A stretch of DNA of 64,000 nucleotides from a virus. Positions 30,187-39,110 of this stretch are shown here, in pieces. The DNA is taken from IMG/VR virus record IMGVR_UViG_3300036770_001537; one strand, 5' to 3'. A program made the translations under genes and the position numbers. Numbering within the stretch: position 1 is the stretch's first letter; every line of letters starts with the position of its first letter. The notes under the pieces are model-generated. The model had not been told where the DNA came from, searched no databases, and saw nothing but the letters and a program-made list of their open reading frames with translations.

Positions 30187-30260
30187 TGGCGAAGGTGGTA
30201 GGAATTGAACCCACATTTTCGGGTTTGGAAGCCGACGTGTTACCGTTACACTACACCGAC
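30187..30260 (-). tRNA. trnW: tRNA-Trp(CCA), atypical stems
   Basis: Cloverleaf GTCGGTG..loop TTCCAAA..GGTTCAATTCC..CACCTTC G CCA; two acceptor mismatches. Confidence 0.8.
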
Positions 30261-30264
30261 AGAA

Positions 30265-30411
30265 TTACCGAATCTTACGGCGGCGAGAAGGTTTGCAGAC
30301 AGTAACTTTCTTCTCACCAAACTTCTTCATCTCCTTTTCGATCAGAGCACGAGTATCAGCCTTGGACACAAGAGACTTATTCAGAACGATAGACTTTTGA
30401 ATCGCCGTCAT
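30265..30411 (-). CDS. small basic early protein (48 aa, not in ORF track)
   Basis: MTAIQKSIVLNKSLVSKADTRALIEKEMKKFGEKKVTVCKPSRRRKIR; GGAG RBS after cassette. Confidence 0.65.
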   Translation of the reverse strand: MTAIQKSIVLNKSLVSKADTRALIEKEMKKFGEKKVTVCKPSRRRKIR

Positions 30412-30476
30412 CAGCCATCTCCATCTCTCATCATGTGAACATTATAGCATACTCATAGAAGATGTCAAGAGGAAAA

Positions 30477-30692
30477 TTATTTAGTAAAATCAGAAAGTTG
30501 AGGCTTTGGGCCAAAGTATTTGCGGTGTTCTTCCCATGCCTCATACAACTTTTTATGAGAATCAGAAATTTCCATTATGCGACGAAACATCATATCCTTT
30601 TTATTGAAAAAAGACCAATCTTTATAATTACCGATCATATCATACATGAAATCGTGAGAACGAAGTTCGTCGTTGAATTGCTCCAGAGTCAT
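30477..30692 (-). CDS. hypothetical early protein
   Basis: Start MTLEQ after promoter and GGAG. Confidence 0.65.
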   Translation of the reverse strand: MTLEQFNDELRSHDFMYDMIGNYKDWSFFNKKDMMFRRIMEISDSHKKLYEAWEEHRKYFGPKPQLSDFTK

Positions 30693-30770
30693 ACGTGTTT
30701 CTCCATCTCTCATCGTTGAAACAGTATAGCACACTCACAGAAGAAGTCAACAACAAACTTCGCCTAGAAA

Positions 30771-31082
30771 TCAGAGGTAAGCAGCACCATAGGCACCGAG
30801 ACCCTTACCCCACGAATAATCGTCGTCAAAGACACTCCCGCGAATATGCTTGGCAGGAGCTTTCCACGATGCTGCCTTGAAGATATTACCATCGAAATCG
30901 AGGAAACAATATACCGACGCAGAACCGTGAGAGTTGTCAACAATCTTAATATACTTTCGACCGGGCTTGAACGTCAGAGTAACCTTAGAACCACGATCTT
31001 CAGAGCACTTCGCCTCAATGTGATTCAGAATAGCATCGAGAGAAAGCACTTCTTCATCTTTGACAAAGTGGATATTGGTCAT
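30771..31082 (-). CDS. conserved phage early protein
   Basis: GRKYIKIV..SVYCFLD..GNIFKAASWKAPAKHIRG. Confidence 0.75.
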   Translation of the reverse strand: MTNIHFVKDEEVLSLDAILNHIEAKCSEDRGSKVTLTFKPGRKYIKIVDNSHGSASVYCFLDFDGNIFKAASWKAPAKHIRGSVFDDDYSWGKGLGAYGAAYL

Positions 31083-31133
31083 CTGATTTCCTTTCCTCAT
31101 CATGTGAATATTATAGCACACTTAGCGAAGATG

Positions 31134-31505
31134 TCAAGCAATAAATTTCTGCTTTTTACGAATTGTATACCACTCCCCAGTTTCTTCATTCAGCACACAC
31201 CAATCTTCAGCCACATTTTTGAAAAGAATAATGTATGTAGGATCGAAATACACATCAAACAGAGCATCATCGATCATAATGGAATACTTCTTGATGCGAG
31301 TATAATTATCTTCTGCATCATCACCAAGAAGAATTGAAAGTTCATACCTATCTTTTTCAAGATCAGGAGTAACTGGATTGAGGTGTGCGAAGAAACTTTC
31401 CTGCCAGTAACCCCAATTCATATTGGGATTCACTTTGTGAAGAAGAATATCAGCAATAGAAGATGCTTTCAGCACATTGACGAGATCGTTGATAGTAACT
31501 TTCAT
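31134..31505 (-). CDS. hypothetical early protein
   Basis: ORF with AGGAG RBS. Confidence 0.65.
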   Translation of the reverse strand: MKVTINDLVNVLKASSIADILLHKVNPNMNWGYWQESFFAHLNPVTPDLEKDRYELSILLGDDAEDNYTRIKKYSIMIDDALFDVYFDPTYIILFKNVAEDWCVLNEETGEWYTIRKKQKFIA

Positions 31506-31535
31506 TGTGATATTCTCCTAGTTGATTGACAATCT

Positions 31536-31709
31536 TCAGTTACAGAAATGCCAACTCAAATTAACGCCAGAAGCATAACCAACCAAATCACCATCCTTGA
31601 AAACAGAAAACTCAAAGCCTCGATTTTTACCAAACTCAATTGCTTCTCCGAGAGAGTCGAAAACATCGTCAGAGTAGTAACCGAAGTTCGCGAAATAAAT
31701 CTCATACAT
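31536..31709 (-). CDS. hypothetical early protein
   Basis: Start MYEIYF after promoter and AAGGA. Confidence 0.6.
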   Translation of the reverse strand: MYEIYFANFGYYSDDVFDSLGEAIEFGKNRGFEFSVFKDGDLVGYASGVNLSWHFCN

Positions 31710-31776
31710 AAGAGCATCCTTTCTCAAGAGCATGGGAGTATATTACACACTCCCATGCTAGTTGTCAAGAGGAAAA

Positions 31777-32409
31777 TTACTGGAACGTACGTTCCATTAC
31801 CATATCGATTTCCTCAATCACGTCAGACATAATCAGTGCCCTATCGGGCTCTTCGAAATCAACGCGAACGCAATTGTATTCCCAAACCCAAACCATATCC
31901 TTGTGATTCTTGAAAACCTTTCCGTTCTTAATAACTTCGACCATCTCATCAGAAGTAGCAACACCAAGTTTGATGGCAGTGCCACGACGATAACCATAGC
32001 CGTTAGACTGTTCGAGCATAACAACAACTTTGCCAGTCGTGTTCTTCGGAACCTTACGGCCCTTCACAACCTTAACTTGGCAGCCTTTCTCAATTCGAGT
32101 ATTCCGAGAAAGAGCATCATTCAAACGCTTATCAAAAAGCATCTTGATAAGATACGTCTTGTAAGCAAGTTTCACAGCATCAGTGGCATCAACTTCCGCA
32201 TGGGAGTTGGAGCACCAATCATAATCGGATACACGAACAATAACAGTCTTGGGCTGGTTCTTCTCAGAATCCCAGACAATGGCTTCGTCAGCAGAACCCC
32301 AAACATCAGACATGATCCGATACGAAACATTCCGAAGAACCTGGAGAACGTGACCGACGTATTCAACAGACTTCACAGAACCATCACGATTCAGAAAATG
32401 GACTGCCAT
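31777..32409 (-). CDS. hypothetical early protein (KOW/SH3-like VKVVKGRKVP)
   Basis: ORF downstream of promoter cassette. Confidence 0.7.
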   Translation of the reverse strand: MAVHFLNRDGSVKSVEYVGHVLQVLRNVSYRIMSDVWGSADEAIVWDSEKNQPKTVIVRVSDYDWCSNSHAEVDATDAVKLAYKTYLIKMLFDKRLNDALSRNTRIEKGCQVKVVKGRKVPKNTTGKVVVMLEQSNGYGYRRGTAIKLGVATSDEMVEVIKNGKVFKNHKDMVWVWEYNCVRVDFEEPDRALIMSDVIEEIDMVMERTFQ

Positions 32410-32474
32410 GAGGTGTTCCTTTCATCAGCGTGAGAGTATAATAACACATCCGTAGAAGAAGTCAAGAGGAAAAA

Positions 32475-32762
32475 TTAGTCATCATACTGTACGTGCTTTT
32501 TAATTACCCACCGTTCAACAACCCATCGTCCGTTCTCGTCCTCATCAACAATGACGTGAACGGCGGTTTTAAGAACAAGTGCCTTTCGTACTTCTGTACC
32601 AGAAGGCCCAACAAAAATCAAGTGGGGAAATTCTACATTTTTTCCACCATGAGCCTTGGGCGAAAGAACCATATCAGGATTCTTCGCATATTCAAATACA
32701 TTATTATCGACAGTAAACCGACCTTGAACCTTGTAACCTTGGTTATACGGAGCGAAAGCCAT
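32475..32762 (-). CDS. hypothetical early protein
   Basis: GGAGG RBS; promoter upstream. Confidence 0.7.
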   Translation of the reverse strand: MAFAPYNQGYKVQGRFTVDNNVFEYAKNPDMVLSPKAHGGKNVEFPHLIFVGPSGTEVRKALVLKTAVHVIVDEDENGRWVVERWVIKKHVQYDD

Positions 32763-32838
32763 AGAAAACCTCCCTGTCTCAATGACAAGTAGATAGTAGC
32801 AAATTCACAAACCCTCGTCAAGAGGAAAATTCCCAAGC

Positions 32839-33162
32839 TCAACGCACATCGGTATTGAGCTTGGGCTTCAGATCACGAATCAACTGACGTTCAACATCGT
32901 GTGCCGCAGTTTTACCACGAACAACTTCGATAATCTCTACCGTGAAAGCATCTGGGCCATACTTACGAATGGCTTCACACAGCTTCCACGTCCTGTTTTC
33001 TGTCATAGCACGTTGGACGTGTTTCAGCCAACGTCTACGGAGAGATTTGACCGGAGAACCATTCTCTACATGAGTCATGCCAATATATACCATTGACTTG
33101 ATCTGAATCTTGTAGATCAGATGGTTCCGGTCAGAGCGTTTTTTCCGTCGTTTCGTCATCAT
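32839..33162 (-). CDS. small GIY-YIG-like nuclease
   Basis: LIYKI..VYIGMT, RWLKH, AIRKYG..F, E..LI..LN. Confidence 0.75.
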   Translation of the reverse strand: MMTKRRKKRSDRNHLIYKIQIKSMVYIGMTHVENGSPVKSLRRRWLKHVQRAMTENRTWKLCEAIRKYGPDAFTVEIIEVVRGKTAAHDVERQLIRDLKPKLNTDVR

Positions 33163-33245
33163 GCAAGCATTATAGCACATCCATCATGCTTGTCAATCAC
33201 TTTTTTGCATGACAGATATACTAAAAATGCATAACTAAACGGTTA

Positions 33246-33425
33246 TTATTTTGTATTATAGAAATCTTCTAAATCATCATAACTATGCTGAATTTTGTCC
33301 CATTCTTTTTTCCAGTTTTTATTCTTTCTTTTCTTTTCTGTACTTTTAGTTTTTAATGGTTCATCATCGTAATATTCATTATCATAATTATGGTTGATTT
33401 TCTTAGATGTATTTCTATGTTTCAT
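33246..33425 (-). CDS. small charged protein (59 aa, not in ORF track)
   Basis: Manual translation MKHRNTSKKINHNYDNEYYDDEPLKTK... Confidence 0.5.
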   Translation of the reverse strand: MKHRNTSKKINHNYDNEYYDDEPLKTKSTEKKRKNKNWKKEWDKIQHSYDDLEDFYNTK

Positions 33426-33449
33426 GAATAAAACCTTTTGTCCTTTCTG

Positions 33450-33875
33450 TTATGCTAGAATATCTGGAAATGCTTCTTTCACAATTCCATAAGTTAAGCC
33501 TTTTACGGCATTCTTTTTCTTGCGAATCATATTAGCAAAAACCTCTGCTTCTTTTGATTCGAGAGATTCGAGTAACTGAATGAGAAGTTGTTCCCTTCGT
33601 CTCATAGTTAGATTTGGAGATGCCCTTGGATCATCTTTTACGAATAGATATACCTTCTTCATTTCTTGGTGCAGGTTATTATAACCTAATCCTGGTGGTG
33701 CTCCTGATGATTTATATGGTGGCACATCATCAAATACAAACTGTACGTTGGGATCGAACATACCTTTCAATACACTTTTGAGTGCATATGATTGATTGAA
33801 CTGTAGAACCAGAACTCGATCTTTTGCAGTTTTTGCGTTTGCCACCTCATCAAAGATTTCATAGATGTTTTTCAT
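33450..33875 (-). CDS. conserved T4-like protein downstream of rnh
   Basis: IYEIF..RREQLLIQLLESL..EAE..GLT...VKEAFP. Confidence 0.75.
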   Translation of the reverse strand: MKNIYEIFDEVANAKTAKDRVLVLQFNQSYALKSVLKGMFDPNVQFVFDDVPPYKSSGAPPGLGYNNLHQEMKKVYLFVKDDPRASPNLTMRRREQLLIQLLESLESKEAEVFANMIRKKKNAVKGLTYGIVKEAFPDILA

Positions 33876-33884
33876 TGTTGTTCC

Positions 33885-34736
33885 TCAAAATTCGTCTGCG
33901 ACTTCGATTAGACTCTTTAGTTTGTTTCGCATGAAGTACTCAACCATATTCATACGGCTTGACGGCTTGGATGTTTCATATGCTTCAATGATAGCAGATT
34001 TGATACCATCTGGCACATAATCCAAATCAACCAGAACTTGATTCCTCTTATATCCACGGATCATAACTTCTGTAGTGCAGAAGTCTTCTGGCGGTGAAGA
34101 TAACCATTCTGTCAGTTTCTTCTTGGAAATAACCTTCTGCCTTTCACCAATCACGAATGTGTTATCCGGCGATAGAAAGTTTGGCACTCCGTCACCACGA
34201 TCACCCTTGATAATGTGTTCCTTGATAAAGAGTTGTGGATTTTCTGTCTTGATGAAACGCTTGAGAATTGGACTGTATTGTTGGACGTTATCAAACTTCT
34301 GTAGTTGGACGAAATCCTTATCAGAAGATAGAATTAGCACATTCTCTGTCTTGGAATACTTTGATGCCAATACAGCAATAACATCGTCTGCTTCTGCACC
34401 TTCAACTTCGATAACAGGATATGGAAAGAACTGTTTTAGTTCATCACGAATCTTGTTGAGGGTTTCGAAGATAAGAGTCCAATCAAATTCTGATGCATCC
34501 CTGGCTTTCCTACGATTGGATTTGTAAAATGGAAATACTTCACGCCTCCAATATTTTTTGGAATCGCAGCAGATTACAAGTTTACCATATTTTGATTTGA
34601 ATTGTTTAGTGTATGACCGAAGGCTATTGAGAACGATATGGCGAACCAAATCTTCTTCAATCTTGGTCTTCGCATTTCCATTGATTTGTTGCATCAGGTT
34701 GGAAATTAGAACCTGATTTAAATCCACGAGTATAAT
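33885..34736 (-). CDS. rnh: T4-type RNase H / 5'-3' exonuclease (probable non-AUG start)
   Basis: (II)LVDLNQ, YWRREVFPFYK, EADDVIA, ILSSDKDFVQL, KGDRGDGVPN. Confidence 0.95.
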   Translation of the reverse strand: MILVDLNQVLISNLMQQINGNAKTKIEEDLVRHIVLNSLRSYTKQFKSKYGKLVICCDSKKYWRREVFPFYKSNRRKARDASEFDWTLIFETLNKIRDELKQFFPYPVIEVEGAEADDVIAVLASKYSKTENVLILSSDKDFVQLQKFDNVQQYSPILKRFIKTENPQLFIKEHIIKGDRGDGVPNFLSPDNTFVIGERQKVISKKKLTEWLSSPPEDFCTTEVMIRGYKRNQVLVDLDYVPDGIKSAIIEAYETSKPSSRMNMVEYFMRNKLKSLIEVADEF

Positions 34737-34779
34737 GACACATTCTCCATTAGTTATTGTTCACAACAGTATATATGAG

Positions 34780-35118
34780 TCATTCGTCGGTGTCAAGGTC
34801 TTCCAGTGAGTCAAGAGGAATAATATTGACGGATTCATCGATAAACTGATGAAATTCGTGCTTCAATTCTAATGAACGATAAATCAATGCTGATAGAATG
34901 CCGGTTAGGAACATGAAATCCTTTCCAAAGTCATCCTTCTCAATATCCAAACCATAGTTAGATAGTTCATGTAGCATGTTTGATGTCATGTCCTGAACCA
35001 GAATATCTGCAAAGTTTTGAATGCCCTTCTCCTTCATTTTCTCGACCATATCTTGAGTGAATGAAGGATTGTGGCGAACGATCTTTTCGGTAGGGAAACT
35101 TAGAATGTTATCGGTCAT
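34780..35118 (-). CDS. hypothetical protein
   Basis: ORF starting MTDNILSFP; coupled. Confidence 0.7.
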   Translation of the reverse strand: MTDNILSFPTEKIVRHNPSFTQDMVEKMKEKGIQNFADILVQDMTSNMLHELSNYGLDIEKDDFGKDFMFLTGILSALIYRSLELKHEFHQFIDESVNIIPLDSLEDLDTDE

Positions 35119-36191
35119 TTGATGATCCTTAGTAGAACTGTTTCTGTATTTATTCTTCCAGAGACTTTTGTAGGTTTGGTAGCAATTCCAGCCATTACTT
35201 TGCGAAGTGGAATCTTACCCGAAGAAAGAACTGCTTTGATAACATCTTCAGGCTTTCGCAGCTTTTTGGTTTCAGATGTCTTTTCATCAAAACCAACAAC
35301 TGTAGTTCCACTCACATTCAAACCAGTTTCGCCGGAAGCATTCAATACAGTTAGGTTACGAGTCTTGGTATTGAACACCCATAGTTGAGATGCACCAACA
35401 ATATCGGCTGGCTTAACCGAAGTTACATTATATGTTTCATCCTTTTCTTTATACTTGAGTTTAGATACGAGTGCTGTAGCAGGCTTTGCTTTCTTGGCCC
35501 GTGTTTTTCTAGGCTTCTTAGGAACAACAACAGTTTGAGTTTCACAAGCAGAAAGAATAGCCTTCACAAACTCCATATAACGCTTGATCTCAATCTTCTT
35601 GAGATGCGAATATGCTTCCTTTAGATCATAAGATTTGCCCTGATGTGCCTCATATAGTTCATCATACAATGGAGTATAGTGCTCCACTATCTTCTTAGCC
35701 ATCTGAGGTTTAATTTCTCGGGACTTGAACCAAGAAACAACATCAAAGTTGGGCTTATATGTCTTACAGAAAACATCGATATGGTGTTCCAGATCAGAGA
35801 TATATTCCGACAACTTTTGAGCAGTCTTTTCTTGAGTGGAAACTGTAGTTACAGTAACTTTCTTGGGCTTGAACGAATCGATAAGATCGTTCAGATTGGT
35901 AGAAACCTTCTTATGAATATGTTTAGGAAGACTGCCGCCCTTTGAAAGAATGCGGCAGTTCCAACCAATATTGCGTAGTTTATTGGCATCAACAGTGGCA
36001 ACCTTTGATAAGATTGCCTTGTCTGTCTTCTTTGCTTTCAGAAACTCCAAAACAAACTTCTTGGCGTCTTCTGAATCATGGAAATAGTTAAACCAGTTGT
36101 AGGCACGAATAACTTCTAGATCGGTAGATTTGTTGGTGATAGTAGGTTCATCACCGTGATATTGGCTATCAATAGATATACCTCTAGCCAT
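35115..36191 (-). CDS. conserved T4-like hypothetical protein
   Basis: AYNWFNYF, DLKEAYSHL, IVGASQLWVFNTKTR, KKLRKP, GRIN. Confidence 0.8.
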   Translation of the reverse strand: MARGISIDSQYHGDEPTITNKSTDLEVIRAYNWFNYFHDSEDAKKFVLEFLKAKKTDKAILSKVATVDANKLRNIGWNCRILSKGGSLPKHIHKKVSTNLNDLIDSFKPKKVTVTTVSTQEKTAQKLSEYISDLEHHIDVFCKTYKPNFDVVSWFKSREIKPQMAKKIVEHYTPLYDELYEAHQGKSYDLKEAYSHLKKIEIKRYMEFVKAILSACETQTVVVPKKPRKTRAKKAKPATALVSKLKYKEKDETYNVTSVKPADIVGASQLWVFNTKTRNLTVLNASGETGLNVSGTTVVGFDEKTSETKKLRKPEDVIKAVLSSGKIPLRKVMAGIATKPTKVSGRINTETVLLRIIK

Positions 36192-36492
36192 TTTTCGTTG
36201 CCCTTTCTACAAAGTCTGAGAAGTCATATTCACGGAAGTCCCTGATGAGACACAAACCATACTCACAGTATCCCACATCTTCTTCCATTTGTAAAGCAAA
36301 ATCCCATGCTTCATCCAAAGTTTTGTAAACCTTTGATTTTCCAAAGTGATTTACGATTGCATCTACATCTGGAGTCCATGTATGTGATTCTACAATATAT
36401 TCGGAATAGATGTTATCTATTGCCTGGGCATGAATAATTCTATATTCAGGCCCATATGTTTGTAGCACATAAATTCCATCATCTGCGGACAT
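36184..36492 (-). CDS. hypothetical protein
   Basis: MSADDGIYVL..HAQAIDN..EYG. Confidence 0.7.
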   Translation of the reverse strand: MSADDGIYVLQTYGPEYRIIHAQAIDNIYSEYIVESHTWTPDVDAIVNHFGKSKVYKTLDEAWDFALQMEEDVGYCEYGLCLIRDFREYDFSDFVERATKNG

Positions 36493-36584
36493 TATTTTCT
36501 CCTATTGTTTCGCATATTCTTGCGTTTTTTAGAACCAACTTTTCTACGACCAGAACGTGGCCGATTTTTATGTGGATGGGGCAT
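36492..36584 (-). CDS. 30-aa highly basic peptide
   Basis: MPHPHKNRPRSGRRKVGSKKRKNMRNNRRK; AGGAG RBS; TAATG coupling. Confidence 0.6.
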   Translation of the reverse strand: MPHPHKNRPRSGRRKVGSKKRKNMRNNRRK

Positions 36585-36598
36585 ATTATATTCTCCTT

Positions 36599-36865
36599 TT
36601 AAACTGCTTCTTCATAACGAATGTATTTCACAGAGTCTAATCTAAATGAACGCCAACCTTCGTTATCCAAATCCCATACTGAAAGAACTTTGTCATTTAC
36701 AGCACGGGTTTTCTTTACTTCGCCTTCTTCAAGAACTTCTTGTTCAGGAAGATATTTAGAATTGAGAGTGCATCGCAATTCACGCAGAGTGCCGTCCTTC
36801 TTCTCAAAAGCAACGGTTGCAATCCATTCTTTGAGATTTGTCTTTAGTTGTTCACGGTCCGTCAT
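36599..36865 (-). CDS. WYL_2/Sm-like SH3 barrel protein
   Basis: FEKKDGTLRELRCTL..VWDLDNEGWRSFRLDSV. Confidence 0.85.
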   Translation of the reverse strand: MTDREQLKTNLKEWIATVAFEKKDGTLRELRCTLNSKYLPEQEVLEEGEVKKTRAVNDKVLSVWDLDNEGWRSFRLDSVKYIRYEEAV

Positions 36866-37088
36866 GTTCTTCTCCCAAGATTTTGTGATCGTGTAGCAAG
36901 TCTACCACATATGATTCTAGAAGTCTAGCTAAAAGCACAGAGCAGACTAGAACAAAATCCATAGGTTTTCCGTATGCTACATAGTATATAAATGCTACTA
37001 TTCCTTGAAAGTATATAGTCATGAAACAGACTACTAGTGGTGTTAAATACCACCTGACAACATAAGACTTAAATTCTTCATCAGTCAT
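36852..37088 (-). CDS. hypothetical membrane protein
   Basis: two hydrophobic segments. Confidence 0.55.
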   Translation of the reverse strand: MTDEEFKSYVVRWYLTPLVVCFMTIYFQGIVAFIYYVAYGKPMDFVLVCSVLLARLLESYVVDLLHDHKILGEEHDGP

Positions 37089-37092
37089 TTCA

Positions 37093-37371
37093 TCACCTGA
37101 AAAATTTGGTTATACCATCAACAGCATTTGCAACAGAAAGATATGTTTCTAGTTCCTGATAACCTCCAATCAAAACATCGTTGAAGAAGATTTGAGGCGT
37201 AGTTAGTTTGGTTGTTGGTGGAAGAAGTTTTTGTAAGTCTTCTTTACTATAATCTGTGCCATACATAAGTTCTGTATATGGCATGTTATTCTTGGTCAAG
37301 AGTTCCTTTGCTTTGTCACACCAAATACAATCTGTTTTACTGTAGACTACTATCTTTACTTCATCTGTCAT
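37093..37371 (-). CDS. nrdC: glutaredoxin
   Basis: CIWC, TTPQIF, IGGYQEL. Confidence 0.9.
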   Translation of the reverse strand: MTDEVKIVVYSKTDCIWCDKAKELLTKNNMPYTELMYGTDYSKEDLQKLLPPTTKLTTPQIFFNDVLIGGYQELETYLSVANAVDGITKFFR

Positions 37372-37751
37372 AGTTTTCTCCCAAGAGATTTGGCATCTTC
37401 TTCATCGGAAATATACATATATGCACCCTTGTTCGTGTATGGTGCAATTCTACTCTTTTTCCGTTCTGTTTCTTGAATAACTTCTTTCTTCTCTACAGAA
37501 TCACGCTTCCACTTATAATCATCAATTGTGCTTTTGAATCCATTTGATGGAATAGTATCTGAAGTTGGTGCAACTTTCCTTGTTGGTGTATCATCAACTT
37601 CCAAAACACGCGAAACTCTTTCCCTACTCTTTTGGGCAGAAATTCCCATAGATGCTAGAAACTTTCGGTGTTCTTCTTGTGCCCGAAGAAATGATTTGGT
37701 TTTGGGCTTTGATTTCTTTTTGGATCGTTGGTTAGTGTAGATAATAGCCAT
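37368..37751 (-). CDS. hypothetical basic protein
   Basis: IAPYTNKGAYMYI C-terminal motif. Confidence 0.7.
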   Translation of the reverse strand: MAIIYTNQRSKKKSKPKTKSFLRAQEEHRKFLASMGISAQKSRERVSRVLEVDDTPTRKVAPTSDTIPSNGFKSTIDDYKWKRDSVEKKEVIQETERKKSRIAPYTNKGAYMYISDEEDAKSLGRKL

Positions 37752-37881
37752 GTTTCACCATAGGTTTAAAACCGACATTAGAATAAAAGCCATGATACCG
37801 ATAACACTCAGGAAAACTATCATGGCTCTTGCAAGTTCGTACATATCATATCCTCTCTCATCATAAAAGTCAAGCGGTTTT

Positions 37882-38661
37882 TTAGTTAATACCGTCTCGT
37901 TCGTCAATCTTTCTAATAGTCCAGAAATCATCTGATAAATCAGTAGTTGTCATATAATCGTAAGGAAGATAATAGTATCCTTGATCTCCACATTCTGTTC
38001 CCCATGAATTATGAATTTCAAATAGTTTAGTTTCATCATCATATCCAGAACAAACAACAGCATGTCCGCCATCCATTTTATCATTGGTTCTAGGCATAGG
38101 AATTATACCTTTATTTGATTCAGCTTCATCCATTGAAAGGAATACTGAGAATCCAAATACAAATGGAAATCCTGATGCAAGGCAGGTTTTCAACTCATCT
38201 ATTCGTGAGTTATCTAATCTGTAATATTCAATAGCCTTATATTTCTTGGCATTTGAATATGCTTTTTGTGTTGGCCTTTTCTTGAATTTTTTCTCAATGT
38301 AAGGCCAATATTTCTCATCACAGAAGCCATCTCTATTGATAGTTTTGATGCCGGTTCTAATCTCTGCACCAGCATCTTCGTTGATGGTTTTTTCATACAT
38401 TCTTTCATTGTAATAGATGAAAAGCCTTGAAGGTCTAAACTCAGGCTTTTCTTGAGTGAACATTCTGTTATACATGAGTGCAGTTGAAATCGCATGGCCG
38501 GTACAAGAACCAATATCACCCTGATCTACAATTGGAGGCATTTTATTTCTTAGTGATACTTTGGGTGGTAGAAAGTCCGTTAGAGTAAGAGGACGAATTG
38601 AACCATATTTCTTGTCTCTAAAATCTGGTTTATCTGGTTTCCAGCCATACGATCTTTTCAT
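37882..38661 (-). CDS. papain-family (C1A, xylellain-like) cysteine peptidase
   Basis: YGWKPD, DQGDIGSCT, SRLFIYYNER, GGHAVVCSGYDD, NSWG..GDQGY. Confidence 0.92.
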   Translation of the reverse strand: MKRSYGWKPDKPDFRDKKYGSIRPLTLTDFLPPKVSLRNKMPPIVDQGDIGSCTGHAISTALMYNRMFTQEKPEFRPSRLFIYYNERMYEKTINEDAGAEIRTGIKTINRDGFCDEKYWPYIEKKFKKRPTQKAYSNAKKYKAIEYYRLDNSRIDELKTCLASGFPFVFGFSVFLSMDEAESNKGIIPMPRTNDKMDGGHAVVCSGYDDETKLFEIHNSWGTECGDQGYYYLPYDYMTTTDLSDDFWTIRKIDERDGIN

Positions 38662-38828
38662 TTTTTACCTTTTGCTTGTTCAAGTGCTCTCAATTTTCTT
38701 TTTAGAAATTCTCTTACATCCTGATTGGCTCTCATCATCTGTCTTTTAGTATTGACGATAGCATTTTCTATTTCTTTGGGATCAGGATTGTCGTTTACCT
38801 CACGGATAATCTGCCTTAGCGATTTCAT
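38658..38828 (-). CDS. 56-aa putative capsid-internal protein (MKSLRQIIRE; not in ORF track)
   Basis: Manual translation; ATGA-coupled on both sides. Confidence 0.65.
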   Translation of the reverse strand: MKSLRQIIREVNDNPDPKEIENAIVNTKRQMMRANQDVREFLKRKLRALEQAKGKK

Positions 38829-39094
38829 TTAGATGGCTTTTTTCTTTTTGTTCCTTTTGGAACCATTCTGATGATGGGTTTTCCAGGCGGATGCTTTACC
38901 ATTTTATTAGCTTCGCTACGAGGAATCATTAATTGTCGTTTAGCATTTTTAATTGGTGGTTTTGCTGCTGGTGGGACCACTTCTAATTTCTGAGCTTCTT
39001 CATCTGGACTTACAATGCCCCCTTGCTCAACATCACGTCTCCATGATTCTTTAAGTTCTCTTGATTCAGCAATAATTTGTTTGAGTGTTTTCAT
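38825..39094 (-). CDS. putative capsid-internal protein (MKTLKQIIAE)
   Basis: AAGGA RBS; CTS-like start. Confidence 0.65.
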   Translation of the reverse strand: MKTLKQIIAESRELKESWRRDVEQGGIVSPDEEAQKLEVVPPAAKPPIKNAKRQLMIPRSEANKMVKHPPGKPIIRMVPKGTKRKKPSK

Positions 39095-39110
39095 TTGAGA
39101 TGTGTCCTTT

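Larger units (their letters stand above)
28314..33196 (-). repeat. dispersed early promoter cassettes (TTGACN-16/17-TATAAT-like, often with TGTG extended -10) at about 28314, 28608, 29493, 30441, 30723, 31110, 31740, 32438, 32793, 33169
   Basis: Near-identical ~45-bp copies of cctcatcatgtNNaNattatagcacactcagcgaagatgtcaag at about 28593, 29478, 30426, 31095; looser copies elsewhere; each precedes an ORF. Confidence 0.88.

Noticed and set aside
28593-31137. Repeats considered as a CRISPR array
   Set aside because: Spacing is 0.7-1 kb with ORFs in between, and the repeats are promoters
28578-33180. Shared MCYN/MCYT N-termini in several ORF-track proteins
   Set aside because: Artefact of translating the promoter sequence GTGTGCTATAAT; real starts are downstream, after the RBS
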